Under the pieces are notes generated by a model, which worked only from the letters and a program-made list of their open reading frames with translations, did not search any database and was not told where the DNA came from. Below, piece after piece: positions 35,985-45,466 of a DNA stretch of 64,000 bases. The DNA comes from Tagaea sp. GTDB lineage: Bacteria > Pseudomonadota > Alphaproteobacteria > CACIAM-22H2. Each line of letters starts with the position of its first letter. Position 1 is the first letter of the stretch. The stretch covers positions 1,568,001 to 1,632,000 of the forward strand of contig CBDIIB010000005.1 in the NCBI GenBank assembly GCA_965279525.1, read 5' to 3'. A program made the position numbers and the translations under genes.

Positions 35985-37163
35985 GTGACCCAGACGGCGC
36001 AGGAATCCGTCGCCATGCTGGCGCGCCTGGTGGCGCATCGCACGGTGAGTTCGGATTCGAACCTCGAGCTGATCTCGGACGTGCGCGCCTGGCTTGCGTC
36101 GCACGGCGTGGAAAGCCGCCTCGTCCCCAACGCGGACGGCACCAAGGCCAACCTGCTGGCGACGATCGGTCCCAACGTGCCGGGCGGCGCCGTGCTGTCC
36201 GGCCACACCGATGTCGTGCCTGTCGAAGGCCAGCCGTGGTCGAGCGATCCGTTCGCGCTCGTCGAGCGCGACGGAAAGCTCTTCGGGCGCGGTTCGTCGG
36301 ACATGAAGGGCTTCATCGCCTGCGCGCTTTCGGCCGTCCCGATGCTTGCCAAGGCGAAGCTCGCCCGGCCGATCCATCTGTGCCTGTCCTACGACGAGGA
36401 AATCGGCTGTTTCGGTGCACCGCACGCGATCGCGCTTTTCGGGGCCGAACTGCCGCGCCCGGCGCTGTGCGTGGTCGGCGAGCCGACGATGATGCGTCCG
36501 GTGGTCGCGCACAAGGGAAGCTGGGTCAACGAGACGCGCATCGTGGGTCGCGAGGCGCATTCGAGCGCGCCGCATCTGGGCGCCAATGCCATCGTCTATA
36601 TGGGTCGCTTTCTCGTTTTCCTCGACGGGCTGCAGCAGACCCTGCGCGCCCGCGGGCAGGCCGATGCCGTGCCCGGCGTCGATTTCGATCCGCCGTGGAC
36701 GACCGTGGGGATCGGCAAGATCGCCGGCGGTACGGCCGCCAACATCGTGCCGCGCGAATGCCGGCTGACGTGGGAATTCCGGTCGCTTCCGGGCGTGGAT
36801 GGCGCCGAAATCCACGCGATGGGCGTGGCGAAGGCCGCCGAACTCGACGCGGCGATCAAACGCGAGGCACCGGAAGGCAGCGTCACGGTCGAACGCTATG
36901 CGAATATCCCGCCCTTCAAACCGGAACTCGACGGGCCGGCGACGAAACTCGCGATGGCGATCACGGGGGCCAATGCCCCGATCACGGTCTCGTTCGGGAC
37001 CGAGGCGGGTCAGTTCCAGGCGGCGGGAATCTCGACCGTGATCTGCGGTCCCGGCGACATCGCGGTCGCGCACAAGACCGACGAGTACACCACGCGCGAA
37101 CAGCTCGCCCAGTGCGAGCGTTTCATCGGCAAGATCGCGGAGTGGGCATCGCGCCCGAATTGA
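35985..37163 (+). CDS. argE: Acetylornithine deacetylase (M20 family)
   Basis: SGHTDVVP, GRGSSDMKG, YDEEIGC, GEPT, FGTEAG. Confidence 0.92.
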   Translation: MTQTAQESVAMLARLVAHRTVSSDSNLELISDVRAWLASHGVESRLVPNADGTKANLLATIGPNVPGGAVLSGHTDVVPVEGQPWSSDPFALVERDGKLFGRGSSDMKGFIACALSAVPMLAKAKLARPIHLCLSYDEEIGCFGAPHAIALFGAELPRPALCVVGEPTMMRPVVAHKGSWVNETRIVGREAHSSAPHLGANAIVYMGRFLVFLDGLQQTLRARGQADAVPGVDFDPPWTTVGIGKIAGGTAANIVPRECRLTWEFRSLPGVDGAEIHAMGVAKAAELDAAIKREAPEGSVTVERYANIPPFKPELDGPATKLAMAITGANAPITVSFGTEAGQFQAAGISTVICGPGDIAVAHKTDEYTTREQLAQCERFIGKIAEWASRPN

Positions 37164-37222
37164 TTGTATGTGAAATCTTCGGATAACCTCCGGTCCAGGC
37201 TCTTGCGGGATCGGGGATATGC

Positions 37223-38413
37223 ATGAAGTGCTTGGCGATGGCGTTCGGATTGGCCAGCCTGCTGGCTGTGGGCGCACCAGCGCGCGCCGACGAGGCGAAG
37301 CTGCTTGCGGCACTCGAATTATTCGATGCGGCGGCGCTGTGGCGGGATGCCGGCGGCCCGGTCGGCGGCGCCATCTATCCTACCGGGGGAATCATCCGCT
37401 GGGACCAGCCGCTGCGCGCGCACCTGGGTTCATCGACCATGTCCAGTGTCCGCGAACTTGCGGGCGAACGGCTGCGCGAAGCGGCCCAGATTGCGGGACT
37501 TGCCCTTGAGTTCGTCGATTCCGCAGAGCGCGCCAATCTCAAACTGGTCTTTCTCCAGGAGTATCAGGCGACACCCGGTATCCAGTGGGCGGGATGCCTG
37601 ACAAGCCACAGATCCCAATATGGCAGGCTCACCGACGTGACGGTCTATGTCCGCCTCAGAAACGAAACTTGCATGGCGCACGAGCTGATGCACGCTTTCG
37701 GATTTCGCGGACATCCGCATCAGCTCGACACCGTCCTTAGCTACACCCGGCGGAACGGAACGACGCGCGCCTATACCGATCTTGACCGACTGGTGCTGCG
37801 AGCGCTCTATCACGGCAAGATTTCACCCGGTGCCTACAGCCTTCCGGCACTCGTCGCCGCGCGCCAGTTCCTTGCAGAAGAACTTTCGCTCGTATCGGCA
37901 GGCGGGAATGCGAAGGGATTCGCAAACACATTCATGGACGATGCGGTTGTCCGCCTTCGGGCGGAGGCGCAGAAGGGAAATGCCTACATTCAGATGCAAC
38001 TCGGCAATGCCTATGCTTTCGCGCACTACGTCGAAAAGGACATGGACGAAGCCGTGAAGTTCTGGGAGATGGCGGCTGCCCAGAAGAACGCCGAGGCAAT
38101 CTATCGCCTGGCGAACGCGGCCTTGTCGGGTCAAGGGCTGGCGCAGGATCCGGTTGCGGCGCGCTTGCGGTTGCAGGACGCGATCGGATTGGGTCACGGA
38201 CAGGCGGCATTCGCGTTCGCAACCGCGCTTCGCGACGGGGTGGGCGGGCAAGCCGATCCGGTCGAAGCGTTTGCCTTCTTCGATCTTGCCTCACGCCGTA
38301 GCGTGTCCAATGCCGCGACCGCCCGAGATTCGCTGGCGGGTACTTTGTCGGAAGACCAGAAGGTCCGCGCGCGCACGCGGGCGGAAGAGCTCCCGACGTC
38401 GCCGCCGCGCTGA
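37223..38413 (+). CDS. Exported zincin-like (DUF2927/matrixin-like) domain fused to Sel1 repeats
   Basis: Signal peptide ARA-D; HELMHAFGFRGH; Sel1 repeats (AQKGNAYIQMQLG, AAAQKNAEAIYRL, GHGQAAFAFA...G.G...DPVEAFAFF). Confidence 0.75.
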   Translation: MKCLAMAFGLASLLAVGAPARADEAKLLAALELFDAAALWRDAGGPVGGAIYPTGGIIRWDQPLRAHLGSSTMSSVRELAGERLREAAQIAGLALEFVDSAERANLKLVFLQEYQATPGIQWAGCLTSHRSQYGRLTDVTVYVRLRNETCMAHELMHAFGFRGHPHQLDTVLSYTRRNGTTRAYTDLDRLVLRALYHGKISPGAYSLPALVAARQFLAEELSLVSAGGNAKGFANTFMDDAVVRLRAEAQKGNAYIQMQLGNAYAFAHYVEKDMDEAVKFWEMAAAQKNAEAIYRLANAALSGQGLAQDPVAARLRLQDAIGLGHGQAAFAFATALRDGVGGQADPVEAFAFFDLASRRSVSNAATARDSLAGTLSEDQKVRARTRAEELPTSPPR

Positions 38414-38416
38414 AGT

Positions 38417-39025
38417 TCAGACCTGCAGGAAGCGCGGCATGGTCGCGCGGATCTGGCGGTCGAGCTCGGCGTTGATGTCGCTCATCATCTGTTCGACCAT
38501 CTCGTACCAGACGCGTTCGCGGTCATTGAGCGAAATGTTCTCGGCGACCGAGCGCGTGCGCGTCGCCGTCGCCGTGGCGAACCCGTCGCGGAAGTTGCCG
38601 CGCACCTGGCGGACCTCGACGGCGGCCTCGACGCGGCCGTCATAGCGTTGCGCCTGCTCGTTCGTGAAAGTCGCGCGCACGCCGGACTCCCGGTGCAGCT
38701 GGCTCTCGGTGACGCGGGCGTCGGTGATGACGAAGCGCACATAGTGGTCGCCGCGCCCGGATACGGCGAGCCGGTCGTTCGCCCAGCGTCGCAGCACGTC
38801 GACCGGCGAGTGGGCGAAAAGATGCTCGACATTCGGCGGGGCAAGCGGCGGCCGGTAGTCCTGCGCGATCTCGATGCGCTGCGCCTCGAACGTGAACCGG
38901 CCGAGGTGGGAATAGGAAAGCTGCGGGAACTGCTGCATCGGCGGCGCTTCCGCGCAAGATGCCAGTGCCGCGGCGGGAACGGCCAAGCCGGCCAGTTTCA
39001 GGAAATCGCGACGGGAGGGAATCAT
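38417..39025 (-). CDS. Hypothetical Tat lipoprotein
   Basis: SRRDFLK followed by lipobox LASC. Confidence 0.78.
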   Translation of the reverse strand: MIPSRRDFLKLAGLAVPAAALASCAEAPPMQQFPQLSYSHLGRFTFEAQRIEIAQDYRPPLAPPNVEHLFAHSPVDVLRRWANDRLAVSGRGDHYVRFVITDARVTESQLHRESGVRATFTNEQAQRYDGRVEAAVEVRQVRGNFRDGFATATATRTRSVAENISLNDRERVWYEMVEQMMSDINAELDRQIRATMPRFLQV

Positions 39026-39113
39026 CCGGATCGGCTCCACGCGGAAAGGAATGAGGGGAAGGATCTCTTAGGCCTCAATCAAGGTGGAAATGTGGCGTTC
39101 GCATGCCACCTCT

Positions 39114-40070
39114 TCAAGCATCGTCGTAGATCGCGTCGAGATCGCTGAAAGCGTGCGCCGTATTGCAGAATTCGCAGGTGATGCGGATCGCTCCGTCCGC
39201 CTCGCGCATCGTCTCGAGTTCTTCGCGCGCGATGGTACGCAACACGCTGCGCATGCGCGAAGGATCGCAACGGCAGCGGTGCACGAGCTCGATGGGCCGG
39301 TAGATCTCGACGCCCTCCGCCAGGAACAGCCGGTCGACCAGCTTCCACGGCGGCAGGTCCGGATCGACGAGCTCGCGCGACTTGGCCGAGCCCATCAGGA
39401 TCATCGCGCGCCGCCAGCCTTCCTCCTCGGCCTCGCGCACGGCCGGATCGCGCGCCACCGGCTCGCGTCCCTCGGCCGAGCCTTGCGCGTCCTCGGGCGG
39501 CAGGCGCTGGATCATGATTGCACCGGCCCGCCAGTTCAGGCGGCCGTCGGAATCCGCCATGCTCGATACGGCGACGTTGAGGCCGGCTTCGAACTGCTCG
39601 GATTGGTGGAAATAATGGTGCGCGCATTCCGCGAGCGTGGCGCCAGTCAGCTCGACGATGCCCTGGTAGCGCTCCATGTCGCCGCCCTGATCGACCGTGA
39701 AAGCGAGATAGCCCGCCCCGAACAGCCGCGGCACCGAGATCGGCCCGTCGCCAAGGGCCGCAATGCGCGCCTCGTCGAACTGCGCGTAGCCGCGGATGGC
39801 GCCGGCCGACGTCACGTCGCACACCAGCATGCGCAGCGGCCCGTCGCCCTTGGTCTGGATCGAGAAGACGCCGTCGTACTTGAGCGTGGCCGCAAGTGCC
39901 GCTGCCATCGCGATCGCCTCGGCAAGCGCATGCGCCACTAGGCGCGGGTAGGCATGGCGGTGCAGGATCGCGTCGATTGCCGGCCCCAGCCGGACAAGCC
40001 GGCCGCGCAGCGCGAAGGGTTCGATCTTGAACGGGAGGACGACGTCGTCGTCCGGGACCGCCGGCTTCAA
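39114..40070 (-). CDS. hslO: Hsp33 redox-regulated chaperone
   Basis: RGRLVRL, YQGIV, SEQ, CRC...CEFC; TTG start overlapping the argF stop (assumed). Confidence 0.92.
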   Translation of the reverse strand: MKPAVPDDDVVLPFKIEPFALRGRLVRLGPAIDAILHRHAYPRLVAHALAEAIAMAAALAATLKYDGVFSIQTKGDGPLRMLVCDVTSAGAIRGYAQFDEARIAALGDGPISVPRLFGAGYLAFTVDQGGDMERYQGIVELTGATLAECAHHYFHQSEQFEAGLNVAVSSMADSDGRLNWRAGAIMIQRLPPEDAQGSAEGREPVARDPAVREAEEEGWRRAMILMGSAKSRELVDPDLPPWKLVDRLFLAEGVEIYRPIELVHRCRCDPSRMRSVLRTIAREELETMREADGAIRITCEFCNTAHAFSDLDAIYDDA

Positions 40071-41011
40071 GCCATGCACCAGGCGAGAATGCCCTTCTGC
40101 ACGTGCAGGCGGTTCTCGGCTTCGTCCCACACGGCCGAGCGCGGGCCGTCGATGACGCCTTCGGTCACTTCCTCGCCGCGATGGGCGGGCAGGCAGTGCA
40201 GGAAGATCGCGTCGGGCTTGGCGCGGTCCATCAGCCGCTCGTCGACCCGGTAGGGGGCGAGCAGGTTGTGGCGCTTCTCGCGGCTTTCCCGGCTGCCGCT
40301 TTCCTGGTCCATCGAGACCCACGTATCGGTGACGACGGCGTCGGCCCCGGCGACGGCGGCCTCGGGATCGGTCAGCAGCTGGATACGCGCACCCTCGCGC
40401 TTGGCCCAGGCGAGCACGTCGCCCGACGGGCGCAGATGCTCCGGGCAGGCGAGACGCAGCTCGAAGGCGAAACGCTGTGCGGCGTGGATCCACGACGCGG
40501 CGACGTTGTTGCCGTCGCCGGTCCACGCGACGATCTTGCCCGCGATGCCGCCCTTGCGTTCCTCGATCGTCATCACGTCGGCCATCACCTGGCAGGGATG
40601 CGAGCGGTCGGTCAGGCCGTTGATGACGGGAACACTCGCGTGGCGCACGAGCTCGGCGAGATTGGCGATCTTGTTGGTGCGCAGCATGATCGCGTCGCAA
40701 TAGCGCGACAGCACGCGCGCGGTGTCGGCGATCGTCTCGCCGCGGCCGAGCTGCGTGTCGTGGTGGGTGAGGATCACGGCTTCGCCGCCGAGCTGGCGGA
40801 TGCCCACCTCGAAGGACACGCGCGTGCGCGTCGAGGGCTTCTCGAAGATCATCGCCAGCGTCTTGCCGGCAAGCGGCTTGTCCATGCCGCCGGGCGGGCG
40901 CTTGGCCTTGAAGGCGGCACCCAGATCGAGGATGTCGCGCAGCGTGCCGCTTTCGAGCACGTCGAGATCGAGGAAATGGCGGGGTGTCGCGTTCATCGTC
41001 ATCTCCGTCAT
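40067..41011 (-). CDS. argF: Ornithine carbamoyltransferase
   Basis: [30 protein letters not shown]. Confidence 0.96.
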   Translation of the reverse strand: MTEMTMNATPRHFLDLDVLESGTLRDILDLGAAFKAKRPPGGMDKPLAGKTLAMIFEKPSTRTRVSFEVGIRQLGGEAVILTHHDTQLGRGETIADTARVLSRYCDAIMLRTNKIANLAELVRHASVPVINGLTDRSHPCQVMADVMTIEERKGGIAGKIVAWTGDGNNVAASWIHAAQRFAFELRLACPEHLRPSGDVLAWAKREGARIQLLTDPEAAVAGADAVVTDTWVSMDQESGSRESREKRHNLLAPYRVDERLMDRAKPDAIFLHCLPAHRGEEVTEGVIDGPRSAVWDEAENRLHVQKGILAWCMA

Positions 41012-42213
41012 CCCGCCTTGCGCGCGGGCTGACGCGCGCGCAGGTCGGCGCAGGCGGCGTCGATCTTCTCGATCGCCTCGGTCACCTGTGCGGCTTCCGC
41101 GATGAGCGGGGGCAGGATTCGCATCACGTTGTCGCCGGCACCGGCCGTCAGCAGGCCCTGCTTGCGCACGGCCAGGATCATGTCCTGGTTGGGCATCTTG
41201 CACTTGAGGCCGAGCAGCAGGCCCGAGCCGCGCGAATCCTCGAACATGTCCGCGTTGCGCTGGACGAGGCCGGCGAGCTGCTGCTTCAGGTGCGCGCCGA
41301 TGCGTTCGACATGCTCGAAGAAGCCGGGGGCGAGCATCACGTCGAGCACGGCGTTGCCGGCCGACATGGCCAGCGGGTTCCCGCCATAGGTCGAGCCGTG
41401 CGTGCCGGCCGTCATGCCGGCCGCGGCCTTGGCCGTGGCAAGACAGGCCCCGACCGGGAAGCCGTTGCCCAGCGCCTTGGCGACCGACATCACGTCGGGC
41501 GTCACGCCGGACCATTCGTGGGCGAAGAGCTTGCCCGTGCGGCCCATGCCGGTCTGGATCTCGTCGAAGAACAGCAACAGGCCGTGCCTGTCGCAAAGCT
41601 CGCGCAGGCCCTTCAGGCACTGTTCGGGAACCGCCCGGATGCCGCCTTCGCCCTGGATCGGCTCGATCAGGATGCCGGCGGTCTCGGGGCCGATAGCGGC
41701 TTCGAGCGCCTTATGGTCGCCGAAGGGGACCTGATCGAAACCGTCGGTCTTGGGACCGAAACCTTCGAGATATTTCTGTTGCCCGCCGGCGGCGAGCGTG
41801 GCGAGCGTGCGCCCGTGGAAGGCACCCTCGAACGTGATGATCCTGTAGCGCTCCGGGTGCCCGTGATGCGCGTGGTACTTGCGCACGAGCTTGATGCCGC
41901 ACTCGTTGGCTTCCGCCCCCGAATTGCCGAAGAACACCGTATCGGCGAAGGTCGAGGCGACCAGCCGTTCGGCGAGCTTCTGCTGCTGGGCGATCGGGAA
42001 GATGTTCGAGGTGTGCCAGACCTTGTTCATCTGCGCGCCCACCTCCTTGACGAGGTGCGGATGCGCGTGGCCGAGACCGGTCACGGCGATGCCGCAGGCG
42101 AAGTCGAGATATCGCTTGCCGTCGGTTCCCCACAGATACGGGCCTTCGCCGCGCTCGAAGCCCACTTCGGCGCGCGCATAGGTCGGCATCACGGCGGGAA
42201 ATGCAGTCGACAC
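41008..42213 (-). CDS. argD: Acetylornithine aminotransferase
   Basis: [41 protein letters not shown]; GTG start after GAGGGAG. Confidence 0.93.
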   Translation of the reverse strand: MSTAFPAVMPTYARAEVGFERGEGPYLWGTDGKRYLDFACGIAVTGLGHAHPHLVKEVGAQMNKVWHTSNIFPIAQQQKLAERLVASTFADTVFFGNSGAEANECGIKLVRKYHAHHGHPERYRIITFEGAFHGRTLATLAAGGQQKYLEGFGPKTDGFDQVPFGDHKALEAAIGPETAGILIEPIQGEGGIRAVPEQCLKGLRELCDRHGLLLFFDEIQTGMGRTGKLFAHEWSGVTPDVMSVAKALGNGFPVGACLATAKAAAGMTAGTHGSTYGGNPLAMSAGNAVLDVMLAPGFFEHVERIGAHLKQQLAGLVQRNADMFEDSRGSGLLLGLKCKMPNQDMILAVRKQGLLTAGAGDNVMRILPPLIAEAAQVTEAIEKIDAACADLRARQPARKAG

Positions 42214-42265
42214 GGCAACAACTCCCTCGTTCGGGCCCGTCAGGTTGACGGTCCGGGAAACGACC

Positions 42266-42294
42266 AGTATCCGGGGCAGTCCCGGAAAAGTCAA
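42266..42294 (-). promoter_or_regulatory. Putative sigma70 promoter of argD-argF-hslO
   Basis: Minus strand TTGACT-N17-GATACT. Confidence 0.5.
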
Positions 42295-42339
42295 ATACAG
42301 GCGGGAATCTGGATTTATTTACAGATGTTTAGCGTCGGC

Positions 42340-43155
42340 TCAGGCGCGCAGCTTGTAGCCGGTCCTGAACATCCAGTAGCACAACGCGCCGAGGCCCGCG
42401 TTCGCGACCAGCAAGATGGCGGCCCCGATCCACGGGTGTGCATCGGCATGCCCGATGAAGCCGAAGCGGAATCCGTCGATCATGTAGAAGAACGGATTGA
42501 CCAGCGCCATCAGGTGCCAGGGCTCGGGCAGTCGGTCGACGGTATAAAAAGTACCCGACAGGAACGCGAGCGGCGTGACGATGAAGTTGGTCACCGCCGC
42601 GATGTGGTCGAATTTCTCCGACCACACGCCGCCGGCGACGCCGAGCAGCGACAGCAGGGCCGACGCCATCACGCCGTTGAACACGATCCAGCCCAGACTG
42701 TGGACGTGGAGCGAAACGAACGGGGCAAGGCACGCGGCCGTCACGCCGCCGACCACGATGCCGCGCACGATGCCGCCGGCCGCGAAACCGACCACGAGTT
42801 CGCCCGGCGACAAGGGCGGCATCAGCGAGTCGACGATGTTGCCCTGGACCTTGGCGATGACCAGCGAACTCGACGTGTTGGCGAAAGCATTCTGCGTCAT
42901 CGCCATCATGATGAGGCCGGGTGCCAGGAACTCGGCGAACGAAAGCCCGCTTCCGCTGCCCGAAGCCGCAGCCGGCCCCAACGCGAGCACGAAAACGGCG
43001 AGGAACAGCAGCGTCGTGACGACGGGGGCCGCGATCGTCTGGGTGTGGACCTTGGTGAAGCGGCGGACCTCGCGCATCACGAGCGTATAGAGGCCGAGCC
43101 AGTTGACGGCGCCATAGCGGCGCGGCGGGGCGGGGGAGCGGGCGAGGTCATTCAT
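42340..43155 (-). CDS. ABC-2 type transporter permease (YadH-like)
   Basis: FLAPGLIMM, NAFANTSSS, FLSGTFY, NPFFYMIDGFRFG. Confidence 0.9.
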   Translation of the reverse strand: MNDLARSPAPPRRYGAVNWLGLYTLVMREVRRFTKVHTQTIAAPVVTTLLFLAVFVLALGPAAASGSGSGLSFAEFLAPGLIMMAMTQNAFANTSSSLVIAKVQGNIVDSLMPPLSPGELVVGFAAGGIVRGIVVGGVTAACLAPFVSLHVHSLGWIVFNGVMASALLSLLGVAGGVWSEKFDHIAAVTNFIVTPLAFLSGTFYTVDRLPEPWHLMALVNPFFYMIDGFRFGFIGHADAHPWIGAAILLVANAGLGALCYWMFRTGYKLRA

Positions 43156-43206
43156 GGGCGAGGCACCATAGAGGGCGCGCCTCGGCCTCGCAATTGCCGG
43201 CTTGGC

Positions 43207-43773
43207 ATGGCAAGTAGGCGTCGCATGCCGCCCCGCAAGCCGCCAAAGCCCCCGACACGCGAACGTCTCGAGAAGTCGGCCATCCACTATCTGGAGCGCT
43301 ACGCCGCTTCGGCAGACGGCCTGCGCCGCGTGCTGATGCGCAAGGTCGAGCGCGCCGCGCGCGAGGGGCTCGCCGACCGCGCGCAGGGAGCCGCGGACGT
43401 GGCCGCGGTCGTGGCGAAGCTCGTGGCCAACCGCCTGCTCGACGACGCGCGTTTTGCCGAAGGGCGTGCGGCCAGCCTCGCGCGCCGGGGACTGCCGCGC
43501 GGGCGCGTCGCCCAGCGCCTGAAAGTCCTGGGAGTCGAGGCCGAGGACATCGAGCGGGCGCTTGGCAGTCTCGACGAGGCGGGCGAGAACGATCTCAAGG
43601 CGGCCATCGTCTTCGCCCGGCGCAAGCGGCTTGGCCCCTTCGCCGATCCTGCCCGGCGCGAGGCCGCGCGCATGAAGCATCTCGCCGCGATGGCGCGGGC
43701 CGGATTCTCGGGCGAGCTCGCGCGCCGCGTCGTTGACGCCGCCGATCCTGCCGCCCTCGCCGACGAAGAATAG
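43207..43773 (+). CDS. recX: Regulatory protein RecX
   Basis: HYLERYAAS...LRRVLMRK, LDDARFAE, FARRKRLGPF, RAGFS. Confidence 0.88.
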   Translation: MASRRRMPPRKPPKPPTRERLEKSAIHYLERYAASADGLRRVLMRKVERAAREGLADRAQGAADVAAVVAKLVANRLLDDARFAEGRAASLARRGLPRGRVAQRLKVLGVEAEDIERALGSLDEAGENDLKAAIVFARRKRLGPFADPARREAARMKHLAAMARAGFSGELARRVVDAADPAALADEE

Positions 43774-43820
43774 TTGCGCGTCACCGTCCCGCCCCGATCC
43801 CCCAAGAACGGAATCACGCC

Positions 43821-44348
43821 ATGCTCAAGACAATCCTGATCGTCATCGCGGTCGCCGTCGCGGCGATCCTCGCCTTCGCCGCATCCCGGCCCGACCATTT
43901 CCGCGTCGCGCGCTCGATCCGTATTGCGGCACCACCGCAGGCAATCCACGCGCTGATCGAGGATTTCCGCCAATGGCCCCGCTGGTCGCCGTACGAGAAC
44001 CGCGACCCCGACATGAAGCGCACGCTCGGCGCCGCGACAAAGGGCAAGGGCGCCGTTTACAGCTGGGAAGGGAACAACAATGTCGGCGCCGGCCGGATGG
44101 AGATCCTCGAGGATTCGCTCGCGAAGGTCGTCATCAAGCTCGACTTCCTGCGCCCGTTCGAAGCACACAATGTCGCCGAGTTCTCGATCGTGCCCGTCGG
44201 AGAAGCCGTCGACGTGACATGGGCGATGTCCGGGCCATCCCCCTTCATCAGCAAGCTGATGGGTCTTGTCTTCAGCATGGACAGGATGGTCGGCGGGGAT
44301 TTCGAGACGGGTCTCTCGAACCTGAAATCCGAAGCCGAGAAGAAGTAG
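43821..44348 (+). CDS. SRPBCC (polyketide cyclase/START) family protein
   Basis: WPRWSPYE..DP, GAVYSWEGN..VGAG, DFETGLSNLK. Confidence 0.88.
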   Translation: MLKTILIVIAVAVAAILAFAASRPDHFRVARSIRIAAPPQAIHALIEDFRQWPRWSPYENRDPDMKRTLGAATKGKGAVYSWEGNNNVGAGRMEILEDSLAKVVIKLDFLRPFEAHNVAEFSIVPVGEAVDVTWAMSGPSPFISKLMGLVFSMDRMVGGDFETGLSNLKSEAEKK

Positions 44349-44398
44349 CCACCGGCCGCTCGCGTGGAAATCCTCCAATCGGCATGTTAGTTTTGCAC

Positions 44399-44959
44399 AT
44401 GATCGAACCGGCAATCCCGCGGAACGAAGCCAACCGGCTGGAGGCGCTCAGGGCGCTCGGCCTGCTCGACTCGCTGCCCGAGAAGGCGTTCGACGACGTC
44501 GTGGCGCTGACGCGCGTGGTGCTCGATGTTCCGACGGCGTTGATCTCGCTGATCGACTCCGACCGCCAGTGGTTCAAGGCGGCGGCCGGTCTTGACGCGC
44601 ACGAAACGCCGCGCTCGCTGTCATTCTGCGGCCATGCCATCCACCAGCCGGACGTCTTCGTCGTGCCGGACGCGACGGTCGATCCGCGCTTCCACGACAA
44701 TCCGCTCGTGGTCGGCGAGCCGCATATACGCTTTTATGCCGGCTTTCCCCTGACGCTTCCCAGCGGATACCGGATCGGCACGCTGTGCGCGCTCTCGCCC
44801 GTGCCGCGCGACGAGCTCGACGCGGAGGGCAAGGCCAAGCTGCGATTGCTCGGCGCCGTGGCGCTTGACGCCATCGAGCTTCGATCCGCGCGCTCCGAAC
44901 TGGCGCGACTACGGAGCGCGCTGGACAGCCACACCGCGACGCGCTCGGCCGGGAGCTAG
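44399..44959 (+). CDS. Stand-alone GAF domain protein
   Basis: NEANRLEAL, RQWFKA, SFCGHAI, DPRFHDNPLV, IRFYAG, GTLC; alternative start 44384. Confidence 0.88.
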   Translation: MIEPAIPRNEANRLEALRALGLLDSLPEKAFDDVVALTRVVLDVPTALISLIDSDRQWFKAAAGLDAHETPRSLSFCGHAIHQPDVFVVPDATVDPRFHDNPLVVGEPHIRFYAGFPLTLPSGYRIGTLCALSPVPRDELDAEGKAKLRLLGAVALDAIELRSARSELARLRSALDSHTATRSAGS

Positions 44960-44965
44960 GCGACC

Positions 44966-45466
44966 ATGCGGCGGACCTTCGATGTCCATGTCGACGGGCT
45001 GGACGAGCCGATGCTGATCATCGCCAATCCGAACGAAGTCGATCTCATCGACATGCGCGAGCGCATCGCGCTGAAATCGTGGCGCAAGGCCGCTTTCGCG
45101 AAGGGCCGGCTGCCGACGATCGGCGAACTCGGCGTGGACATGATGACCGATCTCGAGCCGAACCTGATGGAGCTCGAAGTGCTGCCGGATGGTGACATGC
45201 TCTATCGCAGGTACGGTGCTTCGATCACCCGGGCCTTCGGCAAGGACATGACCGGCCGGCGGACGAGCGAACTCCCCACGGCGGTGGCCAAGGTCTTTCT
45301 CAGCGTCTATCGGCTGGCGATAAAGCAACCCGTCCCTTATTCGACGCGGCACCGTCCGCCGGGCGACATCAGGGTCGCGCACTGGCACCGGTTGATCCTG
45401 CCCATGGGGGACGCGAGTTCCGGCAAGGTCGGCGAATTCGTCGTCTGCATCGTGCCGATCGGCTAG
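44966..45466 (+). CDS. PAS-domain protein (PAS_5/DUF1457-like)
   Basis: YRRYGASI...FGKDMTGR, RLILP. Confidence 0.75.
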   Translation: MRRTFDVHVDGLDEPMLIIANPNEVDLIDMRERIALKSWRKAAFAKGRLPTIGELGVDMMTDLEPNLMELEVLPDGDMLYRRYGASITRAFGKDMTGRRTSELPTAVAKVFLSVYRLAIKQPVPYSTRHRPPGDIRVAHWHRLILPMGDASSGKVGEFVVCIVPIG

